A DNA stretch of 64,000 nt from an uncultured delta proteobacterium (lineage in GTDB: Bacteria; Myxococcota_A; Polyangia; Fen-1088). Positions within the stretch are counted from its first letter, which is position 1. Every line of letters begins with the position of its first letter. Positions 46,277 to 56,620 of the stretch are shown in pieces. Where the stretch lies: assembly GCA_963767925.1 (NCBI GenBank), contig CAVYGB010000002.1, positions 256,001 through 320,000 on the forward strand, given 5' to 3'. The translations under genes and the position numbers were made by a program. The notes beneath the pieces were generated by a model, which saw only the letters and a list, made by a program, of their open reading frames with translations, did no database searches and was not told the origin of the DNA.

Positions 46277-47626
46277 TTACTGGGGGGGGAAGGAGGGGCC
46301 TACGGGTGGGGGTTCGAGGGCGGCGCCGGGGGGTGGGAGGGGGGGCAGCGGGGCGCCTGGTGGAGGCAGGACTGGGGGGCGCGTGGTGGTGGCGGCGGGG
46401 GGGCTTGTCGTCGGGGGGGGCGTGGGCGAGGTGGTGCCGCGCGTGGTGGTGGCGGCGGGGGGGCTTGTCGTCGGCGAGGGCGTGGGCGAGGTGGTGCCGC
46501 GCGTGGTGGTGGCGGCGGGGGGGCTTGTCGTCGGGGAGGGCGTGGGCGAGGTGGTGCCGCGCGTGGTGGTGGCGGCGGGGGGGCTTGTCGTCGGCGAGGG
46601 CGTGGGCGAGGTGGTGCCGCGCGTGGTGGTGGCGGCGGGGGGGCTTGTCGTCGGCGAGGGCGTGGGCGAGGTGGTGCCGCGCGTGGTGGTGGCGGCGGGG
46701 GGGCTTGTCGTCGGCGAGGGCGTGGGCGAGGTGGTGGCGGGCGACGGGGGGGTGGGGCGTGGGGTGGGGAGGGGGGGTGGGGTTGCGGGGGGGCGGGTGC
46801 CGAAGGGTGAGGGGGCGGGTGGGGGGAGCTGGGTGGCCTGGGCGGTGAGCGGGGGGGCGGCGTGAGACGGGGGGGGAGATGCGGCTCGAGGGGCGCTGGT
46901 TGGGGCGGCGGGGGGGGTTGGGTCGTTGACTTGTTGATAGCCGTTGTTGGGGGGGAGGGGGGACGTTGGCACGCTCGAGGGGGGGAGGCCGCCGTTGCCG
47001 GGAGGGCCTGGATCGCTCGGGATCGGCGGTTGGGGAGGGAGCGGGCTGGGAGCGTGGTTCGCTGCTGCGCTGGCGGGGGGGGGTGTGGCGGCGACGGCGT
47101 ACGGGGACGAGGACGCGGGGGATTTGGTGGTGGCGGGGGGGCGGCAGGCTACGGAGTAAGGGGTGGTTTGGCTGGCTACGTCGGGGTCCGTTTTTGTCAG
47201 GAGCTGGACGTAGTCGTCGAAGGCGCGGCGGGCTTCGGGGCAGCGGCCGGCTTCGCGCAGGGCGAGGGCGCGGCCCCACAGGGCGAGCGAGCGGCTGCGG
47301 AGGTCGGCGCTGATGAGGGCGGCGGAGGCGGCTTCGTAGGCCACGATGGCCTCGGTGGGGCGGCGGAGGGCGGAGAGGGCTTCGGCGCGGGTGTAGTGGG
47401 CCCAGCCGGAGCGGGGATCGGTCTGGATGGCGACGTCGGCCAGGGTGAGGGCCTCTTCGGGGCGGGCTTGCACGAGCGCGCGGGTGGCCCGTTTCATCAG
47501 GTTGGCGGTCGCGCCCGACGTGGCGCCGGGAGGAAGGGGGGCTTCCGTCGCGGCGCGGGCTGTCGCTCCGCTCAGGGTCAGCACGGCCACCGCCGCCACC
47601 AGCTCGCTCAGATGATTGAACCTCAT
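46277..47626 (-). CDS. Secreted TPR protein with Pro/Thr-rich tail containing 60-bp repeats
   Basis: Signal peptide, TPR-like helices, TTSPTPSPTTSPPAATTTRG about 6 times (46380-46740). Confidence 0.75.
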   Translation of the reverse strand: MRFNHLSELVAAVAVLTLSGATARAATEAPLPPGATSGATANLMKRATRALVQARPEEALTLADVAIQTDPRSGWAHYTRAEALSALRRPTEAIVAYEAASAALISADLRSRSLALWGRALALREAGRCPEARRAFDDYVQLLTKTDPDVASQTTPYSVACRPPATTKSPASSSPYAVAATPPPASAAANHAPSPLPPQPPIPSDPGPPGNGGLPPSSVPTSPLPPNNGYQQVNDPTPPAAPTSAPRAASPPPSHAAPPLTAQATQLPPPAPSPFGTRPPATPPPLPTPRPTPPSPATTSPTPSPTTSPPAATTTRGTTSPTPSPTTSPPAATTTRGTTSPTPSPTTSPPAATTTRGTTSPTPSPTTSPPAATTTRGTTSPTPSPTTSPPAATTTRGTTSPTPPPTTSPPAATTTRPPVLPPPGAPLPPLPPPGAALEPPPVGPSFPPQ

Positions 47627-47784
47627 TCCCGCATCTCCTCGTCGCGCGTCTCGATCGAAGCCCGGAGGCGGGCGCACGCCACGTCGCGACAGCAGGAATC
47701 TGGGTCCTCCCCGCCGGAGGTGCCAGCGGACGCGGGCGTCAGAGGACCCTCAAACCCCGCGCAACAACAGCCGATGATCGCCGC

Positions 47785-48855
47785 ATGAACCCCCACGCTC
47801 ACAGCGGGAGCTGGTCCGACGACATCGGCGTCGGCGCCGTCCTCGACGACGCGTACCGGCTGACCCGTCAGATCAGCGAGGGGGCGATGGGGACGGTGTT
47901 CGAGGCGGTCCAGCTCCGCCTCAACAAGCGGGTGGCGCTGAAGATCATGGTCGCCGAGCTGGCCATGAACCCGGAGGCGCTGGCCCGCTTCCGGCGCGAG
48001 GTGGAGGTCACCTGCCAGCTCGGGCATCCGCACGTCATCCAGCTCCTCGATTACGGGACCACCCTCACCGGGCAGCCCTACCTGGTGATGGAGTTCCTGG
48101 AGGGCGAAGATCTCGAGCAGCGGCTGTACCGGGTCGGTCGCATGCCGCTGGTCGAGGTGGTGGAGCTGGTCCGCCAGGTGGCGTCGGCGGTCTCGCACAT
48201 CCACGAGCAGGGGATCGTGCACCGCGACCTCAAGCCGGCCAACGTGTTCCTGCTGCCGCGCGACCTGAGCGGCGACTTCGTGAAGGTCGTCGACTTCGGC
48301 ATCTCGCGGGTGGCCGCCGCCGAGAACAAGCTGACCCAGGCCTACACCATGGTCGGCACGCCCGAGGGGATGTCGCCCGAGCAGGCGACCGGCATGGTCG
48401 ACCAGGTCGACGCGCGCAGCGACCAGTGGGCGCTGGCCTGCATGTGCTGGCGCATGCTCGATGGGGCCCGCCCCTTCCCCGGGATGACCCTGGGGGACAT
48501 CATCCGGCAGATCGTCAACGAGGACCCCGCCCCCCTGCACCCTGCGGCCGACTGCCCGCTGCCGGTCGAGCAGGTGCTGCGCAAGGCCCTCTCCAAGCGC
48601 CAGGACGACCGCTTCCCCAGCGTGGCGGCGTTCTGGCGGGCCTTCGAGGACGCGGCCCGCCCGCCGTCGCGCCCGCTCGCGCGCACGCCGGTGTCGCCTG
48701 CGCCCGCCGTCGCCGTCCCCCGCAAGCCCACCGTCGTGACGTTCGGACTGCTGAGCCTCGTGTCGGTCGTCGCGGGGGCGACGATGTTCTACGCGGCCGA
48801 TCGCCTGCACGTCTTCGCGGAGATCCAGAAGCTGCTCTGGTTCTTCTACCGCTAA
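47785..48855 (+). CDS. Hanks-type Ser/Thr protein kinase with C-terminal TM helix
   Basis: GAMGTV, VALK, HRDLKPAN, DFG and GTPEGMSPE motifs. Confidence 0.93.
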   Translation: MNPHAHSGSWSDDIGVGAVLDDAYRLTRQISEGAMGTVFEAVQLRLNKRVALKIMVAELAMNPEALARFRREVEVTCQLGHPHVIQLLDYGTTLTGQPYLVMEFLEGEDLEQRLYRVGRMPLVEVVELVRQVASAVSHIHEQGIVHRDLKPANVFLLPRDLSGDFVKVVDFGISRVAAAENKLTQAYTMVGTPEGMSPEQATGMVDQVDARSDQWALACMCWRMLDGARPFPGMTLGDIIRQIVNEDPAPLHPAADCPLPVEQVLRKALSKRQDDRFPSVAAFWRAFEDAARPPSRPLARTPVSPAPAVAVPRKPTVVTFGLLSLVSVVAGATMFYAADRLHVFAEIQKLLWFFYR

Positions 48856-48898
48856 GATCTTCCTTGTCCGCCCCGGTTTCGGTTTAGTCTCCGCCGGG

Positions 48899-49981
48899 AT
48901 GAGACGCGTGGGCGCAGCCCTGGCGGCCGGGGCCGCGGCGCTGGTTCTGGCCGCGCCGGCGGCGGCGCACCCCATGCCGTTCAGCACGCTCGACGTCCAC
49001 CTGCACCCGGACCACATCGAGGCGGCGCTGACCGCCCACGTGTTCGACCTGGGCCACGAGCTGGGGGTGGCCCCGCCCGAGCGGCTGCTCGACCCCGCCG
49101 AGGCCCGGCTGCGAACTTACGCTCTGACGGCCCTGCTGGCCCCCCGCTTCACCCTGCAGGCCGACGGGAAGGCGCTGGCCCCGCGCTGGTCGCCGCCCGA
49201 GGTGGTGGCCGACCGGCAGGCGCTGCGGCTGCCCCTGCGCTTCGAGCGGGGCGCCCCGGCGGTGCTGGCGGTGCAGGCGGACCTGTTCCCCTACGACCGC
49301 AACCACCAGACCTTCGTCAACGTGTACGAGGGGGACCGGCTGGTCACCCAGGCCATCGTCGACCGCACCCATCCCCGGGCCGAGCACTTCGCGGGCAGCG
49401 GGGCGGGGATCGCGGCGGTGGTGCGGCGGTTCGTGGCGGCCGGGGTGCACCACATCTTGATAGGGGCGGATCATATCCTGTTCCTGGTGGGGCTGCTCCT
49501 GCTGGGCGGCAGCCTGCGGCGACTGGTCCTGCTGGTCAGCGCCTTCACGATCGGGCACAGCATCACCCTGTCCCTGGCGGCGCTGGATCTGGCCAGCCCA
49601 CCGGCCAGCGTTGTCGAGCCGATCATCGCGCTGTCGATCGTCTTCGTGGGCGCGGACAACCTGCTGGCCCGGCGGGGGGCGCGCGACCTGCGGCCCCTGT
49701 TCGCCCTGGTGTTCGGGCTGGTGCACGGCTTCGGGTTCGCGGGCGTGCTGCGCGAGACCGGCCTGCCCGCGCGCGGCCTGGGCTGGGCGCTGTTTTCTTT
49801 CAACCTCGGGGTGGAGATCGGACAGCTCCTGGTGGTGGTGGTCGTGGCGACGGGGCTGGCGGCGCTGCGATCGCGCAGCGAGCGGGCCGGTCAAAACCTG
49901 GCGCGGGCGGGGTCGGTGGTGGTGGCGGCGGCCGGCGTGTTCTGGTTCATCGAGCGGGTCTTTTTTGGAGGCACTTCATGA
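48899..49981 (+). CDS. HupE/UreJ family membrane protein
   Basis: GVHHILIGADHILF, AFTIGHSITL, GLVHGFGFA and FNLGVEIGQ motifs. Confidence 0.88.
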   Translation: MRRVGAALAAGAAALVLAAPAAAHPMPFSTLDVHLHPDHIEAALTAHVFDLGHELGVAPPERLLDPAEARLRTYALTALLAPRFTLQADGKALAPRWSPPEVVADRQALRLPLRFERGAPAVLAVQADLFPYDRNHQTFVNVYEGDRLVTQAIVDRTHPRAEHFAGSGAGIAAVVRRFVAAGVHHILIGADHILFLVGLLLLGGSLRRLVLLVSAFTIGHSITLSLAALDLASPPASVVEPIIALSIVFVGADNLLARRGARDLRPLFALVFGLVHGFGFAGVLRETGLPARGLGWALFSFNLGVEIGQLLVVVVVATGLAALRSRSERAGQNLARAGSVVVAAAGVFWFIERVFFGGTS

Positions 49982-50883
49982 AACGTATCCTCGTGCTCGG
50001 GACAATCCTCCTGGTGGGCGGCCTGTCGCTGGTGGCGTCGGCGCTGCAAGCCCCTCCGCAACCGCCCCCGGCCGCCAAGGTGGCCGTGATCGAGAAGGTC
50101 AAGGACAACCTGTTCATGATCAAGAACGGCGGCGGCAACACCGCGGCCTTCATCACGGAGAAGGGCGTGGTGGTTGTCGACACCAAGCTGGCCGGCTGGG
50201 GCCAGGCCATCCTCGACCAGATCAAGACGGTGACCGACAAGCCGGTGTCGATGATCATCAACACCCACACCCACGGCGACCACACCGGCAGCAACGAGTT
50301 CTTCGGGGCCAGCGTCGAGACGGTGGTGCAGGAGAACACCAGGGCCAACATGGAGAAGATGGAGGCCTTCCAGGGTGACAAGGCCCAGTTCCTGCCGAAG
50401 AAGACCTACAAGGACAAGCTCTCGCTCGGCAAGGGCAAGGACAAGATCGACCTCTATTACTTCGGGGCCGGCCACACCAACGGCGACACCTTCGTCGTGT
50501 TCCCCGCGCTGCGGGTCATGCACGCGGGCGACATGTTCGCCGGCAAGGGCACGCCCTACATCGACACGCGCAACGGGGGCAGCGGCGCCGACTACCACAA
50601 GACGCTGGCCAAGGTGGTCTCCGGCGTCAAGCGGGTCGAGACGGTCATCCCCGGCCACAGCACGGTCATGACCTGGAACGACTTCAAGGAGTTCGCGGCG
50701 TTCCACAAGGACCTCTTCACCTGGGCCAAGGGGCAACACAAGGCGGGCAAGACGGTCGACGAGGCAGTCGCGGCCTATCAGCTCCCGGAGAAATACGCGG
50801 CCTACACCGTGCGCAAAGAGGGCGGCGGCTCCTTCAAGAGCGCGCTGCAGGCGATGTACGACGACCTGACGCCCAAGAAGTAG
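49978..50883 (+). CDS. Exported MBL-fold metallo-hydrolase
   Basis: THTHGDHTGSN, GHTNGD and IPGH motifs. Confidence 0.88.
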   Translation: MKRILVLGTILLVGGLSLVASALQAPPQPPPAAKVAVIEKVKDNLFMIKNGGGNTAAFITEKGVVVVDTKLAGWGQAILDQIKTVTDKPVSMIINTHTHGDHTGSNEFFGASVETVVQENTRANMEKMEAFQGDKAQFLPKKTYKDKLSLGKGKDKIDLYYFGAGHTNGDTFVVFPALRVMHAGDMFAGKGTPYIDTRNGGSGADYHKTLAKVVSGVKRVETVIPGHSTVMTWNDFKEFAAFHKDLFTWAKGQHKAGKTVDEAVAAYQLPEKYAAYTVRKEGGGSFKSALQAMYDDLTPKK

Positions 50884-50963
50884 GGTCGTCCCCGCAGCCG
50901 CGGGGTGGCAGGGACCCGATCGCGCAGGCCCACCGGCGCGCGATCGGGACCCACCTTCCGGGC

Positions 50964-51197
50964 ATGCCGATCCGCACCGACGTCAGCGAAGATCCCAAGG
51001 GCGATCCGACGAAGATCCTCCCCAACCAGCCCGACCCCACCCGCCGCGACGACGAGGTCGAGCCCCTGCTCCCCCGCCGCTCCGGCACCGCCGCCCCACC
51101 CCCGCCCCCCGGGCGGGCGGCCCAGACGCCAGGCGACCGCCGCGGGGTCGACAAGGCCCGGGATAAGGACGCCGACAGGGACGGAAAGAAGCCCTGA
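50964..51197 (+). CDS. Small hydrophilic hypothetical protein
   Basis: ATG-initiated 77-aa ORF with coding-like bias. Confidence 0.4.
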   Translation: MPIRTDVSEDPKGDPTKILPNQPDPTRRDDEVEPLLPRRSGTAAPPPPPGRAAQTPGDRRGVDKARDKDADRDGKKP

Positions 51198-51292
51198 GCG
51201 GCGTGCAGTCCTGCACCGCCAGGCGGGCCAACGCGGGCGGACCGCTCGCCGTTCGGTACAGGCGCTGTTCATCGCGCTGTTCATCCTCTCTT

Positions 51293-51712
51293 CACCCTCT
51301 CCCGCGGTTTGCCGTGGGGAGAGCGCAGAGTGAGGGGGGGTGCCTCGCCGGAGGCCCCTCACCCCTCCCTCTCCCCGCTGCCGCGGGGCGAGGGCGAACG
51401 GGCAGCGGGGAGCAGAGATCTCGGGCGGGTGCACCCTGGATCGCCTTCGGAAAATGAACGGACTTCCTGGCCAGTTGTTCGCCCTCGCCCCCCGGCAGCG
51501 GGGAGCAGAGATCTCGGGCGGGGGCACACCTGGATCGCCTTCGGAAAATGAACGGACTTCCTGGCCAGTTGTCCGCCTTCGCCCCCCGGCAGCGAGGTGC
51601 CGGGTTTTCGGGCGGGGGCACCGCTGGATCGCCTTCGGAAAATGAACGGAGCTCCTGGCCAGTTGTTCGCCCTCGCCCCGCGGCAGCGGGGAGAGGGAGG
51701 GGTGAGGGGTCT
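51293..51712. repeat. Inverted REP pair enclosing three 94-bp tandem units, plus an upstream reverse hairpin
   Basis: REP at 51355-51400 and its inverse at 51665-51710; TGGATCGCCTTCGGAAAATGAACGGA at ~51437, 51531 and 51625. Confidence 0.88.
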
Positions 51713-51723
51713 CTGGTCGCTCG

Positions 51724-52671
51724 TCAGCGCTGGCAGTGGGGGCAGTAGAAGGTGGCGCGGGCTTCCTGGACGAGGCGGGTGATGGTGCCCTGGCGGCAGC
51801 GGGGGCAGCGCTCGCCGGCGCGGTCGTAGACCCGGAAGGGGTTGGGGCCGGCGGGCTCCTCGACGTAGCGGACGTCGCGGGGCCTGGTGCGGTCGCCGAT
51901 GTCGGCGAGGAGCTTCTTCAGGGTGTAGGCGATCGAGGCCTGGATGCCGCGGGCCAGGCGGCCCACTTCGACCGGGGTGAGCGAGTGGCCGGGGCGCCGG
52001 GGGTCGAGGTGGGCGCGGAACAGAGCCTCGCTGGCCTGGATGTTCCCCACGCCGGGGACCAGGCGCTGGTCGAGGAGCTGGGGCTTGATCGGCTTTCCGC
52101 TTCGGGCGAGTCGCTCGGCCAGGTGCGCGCGGTCGACGCCGTCGGCCAGCGGATCGGGGCCCAGCGCCGCCACCGCCGGGAGCGCCCCGAAGGCGGCGCC
52201 CGCCACGGCCCGCATCCGCCCGAACAGGCGCAGGTCGGCATAGTGCAAGGTGGTCCCGCCCGACAGGTCGATCTGCACCCGGGAGAAGCGGGGCGCCTCG
52301 GCGCCGGTCTCGCGCCGCAGCCACTTGCCCGACATCCCGAGGTGCGACCAGAGCCCGATCTTCGTGGCCGCTCCACCCCGCCCGCTCGCGCCCCGCTCGC
52401 CTGCCCCACTTCGCTTGCCCGCTCGCGCCTGGCCCCGGCGACCGCCATCGGCAGCGCCCGCCTTTCCTTGCCCGGCCGGGCGCAGCTCGATCAGCAGGTG
52501 TTTGCCGCGGCGATCGAAGCGGACGAAGCGGGCGCCGACCAGGCGGGCCAGGGCGGGGCCGCCGCTGGCGATGATCCGCCGGTCGAGGACGGTCACCTTG
52601 CGCACGTCGCGGCCGTGGGCCCAGGCCTCCAGGCAGCGCCGCGCGGTCTCGACCTCGGGAAGCTCCGGCAT
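51724..52671 (-). CDS. mutM: Formamidopyrimidine-DNA glycosylase
   Basis: MPELPEVE, RRGKHL, HLGMSG, GVGNI and C4 zinc finger. Confidence 0.93.
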   Translation of the reverse strand: MPELPEVETARRCLEAWAHGRDVRKVTVLDRRIIASGGPALARLVGARFVRFDRRGKHLLIELRPAGQGKAGAADGGRRGQARAGKRSGAGERGASGRGGAATKIGLWSHLGMSGKWLRRETGAEAPRFSRVQIDLSGGTTLHYADLRLFGRMRAVAGAAFGALPAVAALGPDPLADGVDRAHLAERLARSGKPIKPQLLDQRLVPGVGNIQASEALFRAHLDPRRPGHSLTPVEVGRLARGIQASIAYTLKKLLADIGDRTRPRDVRYVEEPAGPNPFRVYDRAGERCPRCRQGTITRLVQEARATFYCPHCQR

Positions 52672-52747
52672 CAGCGCACCGCCGACGTCGTGAGGTTCCC
52701 GCCACCGGCGAGCCGACCGTCCCCGCCACCGGCGAGCCGACGGTCCA

Positions 52748-53542
<795 letters not shown>

Positions 53543-53551
53543 CCCCGAAAG

Positions 53552-53715
53552 CTAGTGCACCGCAGTCGAAATAGCGTCAAGGATCCGCCGACAAGCCTGC
53601 GGCCCCGCGAGGCGCGACGACGACGAATATCCGGCATATTCCGGGGAGGAGCAACGAAGCGAGGGCGCAAGATGGTCGGCGCAGCCTTGACGATATTTCG
53701 ACTGCGGTGCACTAG
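53552..53715. mobile_element. MITE (164 bp) with ~40-bp imperfect terminal inverted repeats
   Basis: CTAGTGCACCGCAGTCGAAATAGCGTCAAGG…CCTTGACGATATTTCGACTGCGGTGCACTAG. Confidence 0.8.
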
Positions 53716-53856
53716 CGCAGACCCCTCCCCGACCGGTGTTGGGCGGCAGAATCTTTCTCGCCGGGCGAGCGGGGTGCTTCACACTGGACCGATGCGATCC
53801 AGGCCGCCGGCGAGAGGTGCCACCCGGGCTGCGCGCGCGATCCCCCCGGGGCGGCG

Positions 53857-54786
53857 ATGAGGCGGGTGCGGGTGGCCGCGGCGCAGGTGGCGCCCGTGTA
53901 CATGGATCGGGCGGCCACCCTGGCGAAAGCCGCCGACACCGTGCGGGAGGCGGGCCGCAACGGGGCCGAGCTGGTGGTGTTCCCCGAGGCGTTCGTGCCG
54001 GGGTACCCGTTCTGGGCCATGACCCTCGACCCGATGTCGATCAATCCCCACCTGCAGCGGCTGTACGCCGAGGCGGTGGAGATCCCCTCGCCCGCGCTCG
54101 ACGGGCTGCGGGACGCGGCCCGGGAGACCGGGGCCAGCGTGTGCCTGGGCCTCAGCGAACGGGTCGGGGGGACGCTGTTCAACAGCCAGCTCGTCCTGGG
54201 GCCCGACGGCGCCATCGTGGGCCGCCGGCGCAAGCTGATGCCCACCAGCCACGAGCGCATGGTGTGGGGGCGCGGCGATGGCAGCGATCTGCGCCTGTTC
54301 GATCTGCCCTTCGCCCGCACCGGGGCCCTCATCTGCTTCGAGCACGCCAACGCCCTGTTCCGCTACGCCCTCATCGCCCAGGGCGAGGAGATCCACGTCG
54401 CGATGTGGCCCGGGCTGGGGGGGATCAGCCCGGTTGTCGACGCCGCCTGCCGCCACCACGCCTTCGAGGCCCAGGCCTTCGTGATCAACGTGACCTCGCT
54501 GCTCACGCCCGAGATCCTGGCCGCCCTCGGCCCGGGCGGCAGCGCCGGCAAGCTGCAGGCGGGGGGTGGCTACACCGCCATCGTCGCGCCCCGGGGGGAC
54601 TTCCTGGCCGGGCCCGCCCGGGAGGGGGAGACCATCCTCTACGCCGAGCTCGATCCCGCGCTGATCGATCGGGCCAAGAGCATCGTCGACTCCGCCGGGC
54701 ACTACGCCCGGCCCGACGTGGTGACGCTGCACCTGAACCAGGCGCCGCAGACGCCGCTCGTCGTCACGGGCGGCGGGGACCACTAG
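53857..54786 (+). CDS. Nitrilase family C-N hydrolase
   Basis: FPEAFVPGYP, RRKLMPT, ICFEH and GHYARPD motifs. Confidence 0.92.
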   Translation: MRRVRVAAAQVAPVYMDRAATLAKAADTVREAGRNGAELVVFPEAFVPGYPFWAMTLDPMSINPHLQRLYAEAVEIPSPALDGLRDAARETGASVCLGLSERVGGTLFNSQLVLGPDGAIVGRRRKLMPTSHERMVWGRGDGSDLRLFDLPFARTGALICFEHANALFRYALIAQGEEIHVAMWPGLGGISPVVDAACRHHAFEAQAFVINVTSLLTPEILAALGPGGSAGKLQAGGGYTAIVAPRGDFLAGPAREGETILYAELDPALIDRAKSIVDSAGHYARPDVVTLHLNQAPQTPLVVTGGGDH

Positions 54787-54824
54787 GGTCGCTGCCCGGG
54801 CGGGCCCGCGCTATCTTCACGGGC

Positions 54825-55373
54825 ATGGCGAGGACGATGCGGAGCGGTCGCGCGGCCCTGCTGCTGCTGGGTCTGCAGGGGCTGCTGCCGGCCCGGGCGT
54901 GGGCGGCCAGCCCGGCCGAGACGGCGGAGGCGGCCCGGCGCGAGGGGGGCGCCATGTACGAGGCGCTCCGGCTGGGGCGGCTCGAGGCGTTCGCGGGGTA
55001 CACCTACCCAGGGGTGGTCAAGCAGATGGGGGGCAAGGCGGAGATGGTCGCGGTCCTCCGCAAGGGCATCGCCGACATGGCGGACCAGGGCTTCCGGTTC
55101 GTGTCGGGCAAGGTCTCTCCGCCGGTGCAGATCGTGAAGGCGGGCAAGGAGGTCCACGCCCTGCTGCCGATGGCCCAGGTGCTGTCGGCGCCGGGGGGCG
55201 AGCTCCACCTCAGCGGCCACCTGCTCGGCGTCTCGGCCGACGGAGGCAAGACCTGGACCTTCATCGACACGGCGAAGCTGACGCCCGAGGAGGTCCGCGA
55301 GGTGCTGCCCACCTTCAACACCGAGCTGAAGCTGCCCCGCAAGACCGACCCGAAGTTCATCCCGAAGAAGTGA
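54825..55373 (+). CDS. Secreted hypothetical protein
   Basis: Signal peptide, YTYPGVV and SADGGKTWTFID motifs. Confidence 0.7.
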   Translation: MARTMRSGRAALLLLGLQGLLPARAWAASPAETAEAARREGGAMYEALRLGRLEAFAGYTYPGVVKQMGGKAEMVAVLRKGIADMADQGFRFVSGKVSPPVQIVKAGKEVHALLPMAQVLSAPGGELHLSGHLLGVSADGGKTWTFIDTAKLTPEEVREVLPTFNTELKLPRKTDPKFIPKK

Positions 55374-55453
55374 GGGGGGTCGCCGGAGGCCCCTCACCCG
55401 GCGCGCAGACGCGCCGACCTCTCCCCACGGCAGACCGCGGGGAGAGGTGATGG
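55370..55453 (+). repeat. REP-like double-hairpin element
   Basis: GTGAGGGG…GCCGGAGGCCCCTCACCC-GGCGCGCAGACGCGCC-GACCTCTCCCCACGGCAGACCGCGGGGAGAGGTGATGG. Confidence 0.85.
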
Positions 55454-55872
55454 CCCGGCGCCCCCACGGCTCACCGCGGGCAGAGGGGATGGCCCGGCGC
55501 CCCCACCGCTCACCGCGGGCAGAGGGGATGGCCCGGCGCCCCCACGCTCACCGCGGGCAGAGGGGATGGCCCGGCGCCCCCACCGCTCACCGCGGGCAGA
55601 GGGGATGGCCCGGCGCCCCCACCGCTCACCGCGGGCAGAGGGGATGGCCCGGCGCCCCCACGCTCACCGCGGGCAGAGGGGATGGCCCGGCGCCCCCACC
55701 GCTCACCGCGGGCAGAGGGGATGGCCCGGCGCCCCCACGGCTCACCGCGGGCAGAGGGGATGGCCCGGCGCCCCCACGCTCACCGCGGGCAGAGGGGATG
55801 GCCCGGCGCCCCCACCGCTCACCGCGGGCAGAGGGGATGGCCCGGCGCCCCCACGGCTCACCGCGGGCAGAG
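55449..55872. repeat. 38/39-bp tandem array, about 11 copies
   Basis: Unit GATGGCCCGGCGCCCCCACGGCTCACCGCGGGCAGAGGG with CACGG/CACCG/CACG variants. Confidence 0.95.
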
Positions 55873-55927
55873 CTTCTCCACGCGGACCGCGAGGCGACGG
55901 GGGAAGAGGCGGGGGTATGCTGGGCGG

Positions 55928-56620
55928 GTGGACGGTGGCCTTCGATCGCACGCCGAGGGGGTGCGGGCTTCGATCGTGGGGGGGCGATGGGACCCGGTGT
56001 GGTTCCGGGGGGCGCTGCTCGCGGTGCCGGCGGGGGCGCGGGATGGGTGGGTGGATTGCGTGCTCGGCCTCGAGGTGATTCCCGAGGATGGGCCGGAGCT
56101 GCCGCGCGGCTGCGTGCCTTACCTGCCTGCTCCCGTCGATGCGCTGCTGCGTTTGAGCGAGCAGGCTGCCGTCGGCGCGCGCGACCGGTTCGTCGACATC
56201 GGGTGCGGGCCGGGGCGGGCGGCGGTGCTGGTGCACCTCCTGACCGGGGCGCCTGCGGTCGGGATCGAGGTGCAGCCGGGGCTGGTGGCGGTGGGGCGGG
56301 CGCTGGTCGCGCGTCTGGGCCTCGCGGCGGTCTCTTTCGTGGCGGGGGACGCGGTCGAGCAGACGGCGGCGCTCGCGGAGGGCTCCCTGTTTTTCCTGTA
56401 TTGCCCCTTCAGCGGGGAGCGCCTGGCGCGCGTGCTCGCCACCCTGGAGGCGGTGGCGGCCCGGCGGCCGATCCACGTCGGCTGCCTGGACCTCCCCCTG
56501 CCGCCCTGCCCCTGGCTCGAGCCGGTGCCGCCGTTCTCCGTGGATCTCGCGATCTACCGCAGCCGGCCGCCCACCCTCGCCCCGCTCCCGGAGCCGCCGC
56601 CGTCAGGGGCTGGCGGGTGA
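55928..56620 (+). CDS. Class I SAM-dependent methyltransferase
   Basis: FVDIGCGPGR, GIE, GDA and FLYCPF motifs; start uncertain. Confidence 0.82.
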   Translation: MDGGLRSHAEGVRASIVGGRWDPVWFRGALLAVPAGARDGWVDCVLGLEVIPEDGPELPRGCVPYLPAPVDALLRLSEQAAVGARDRFVDIGCGPGRAAVLVHLLTGAPAVGIEVQPGLVAVGRALVARLGLAAVSFVAGDAVEQTAALAEGSLFFLYCPFSGERLARVLATLEAVAARRPIHVGCLDLPLPPCPWLEPVPPFSVDLAIYRSRPPTLAPLPEPPPSGAGG

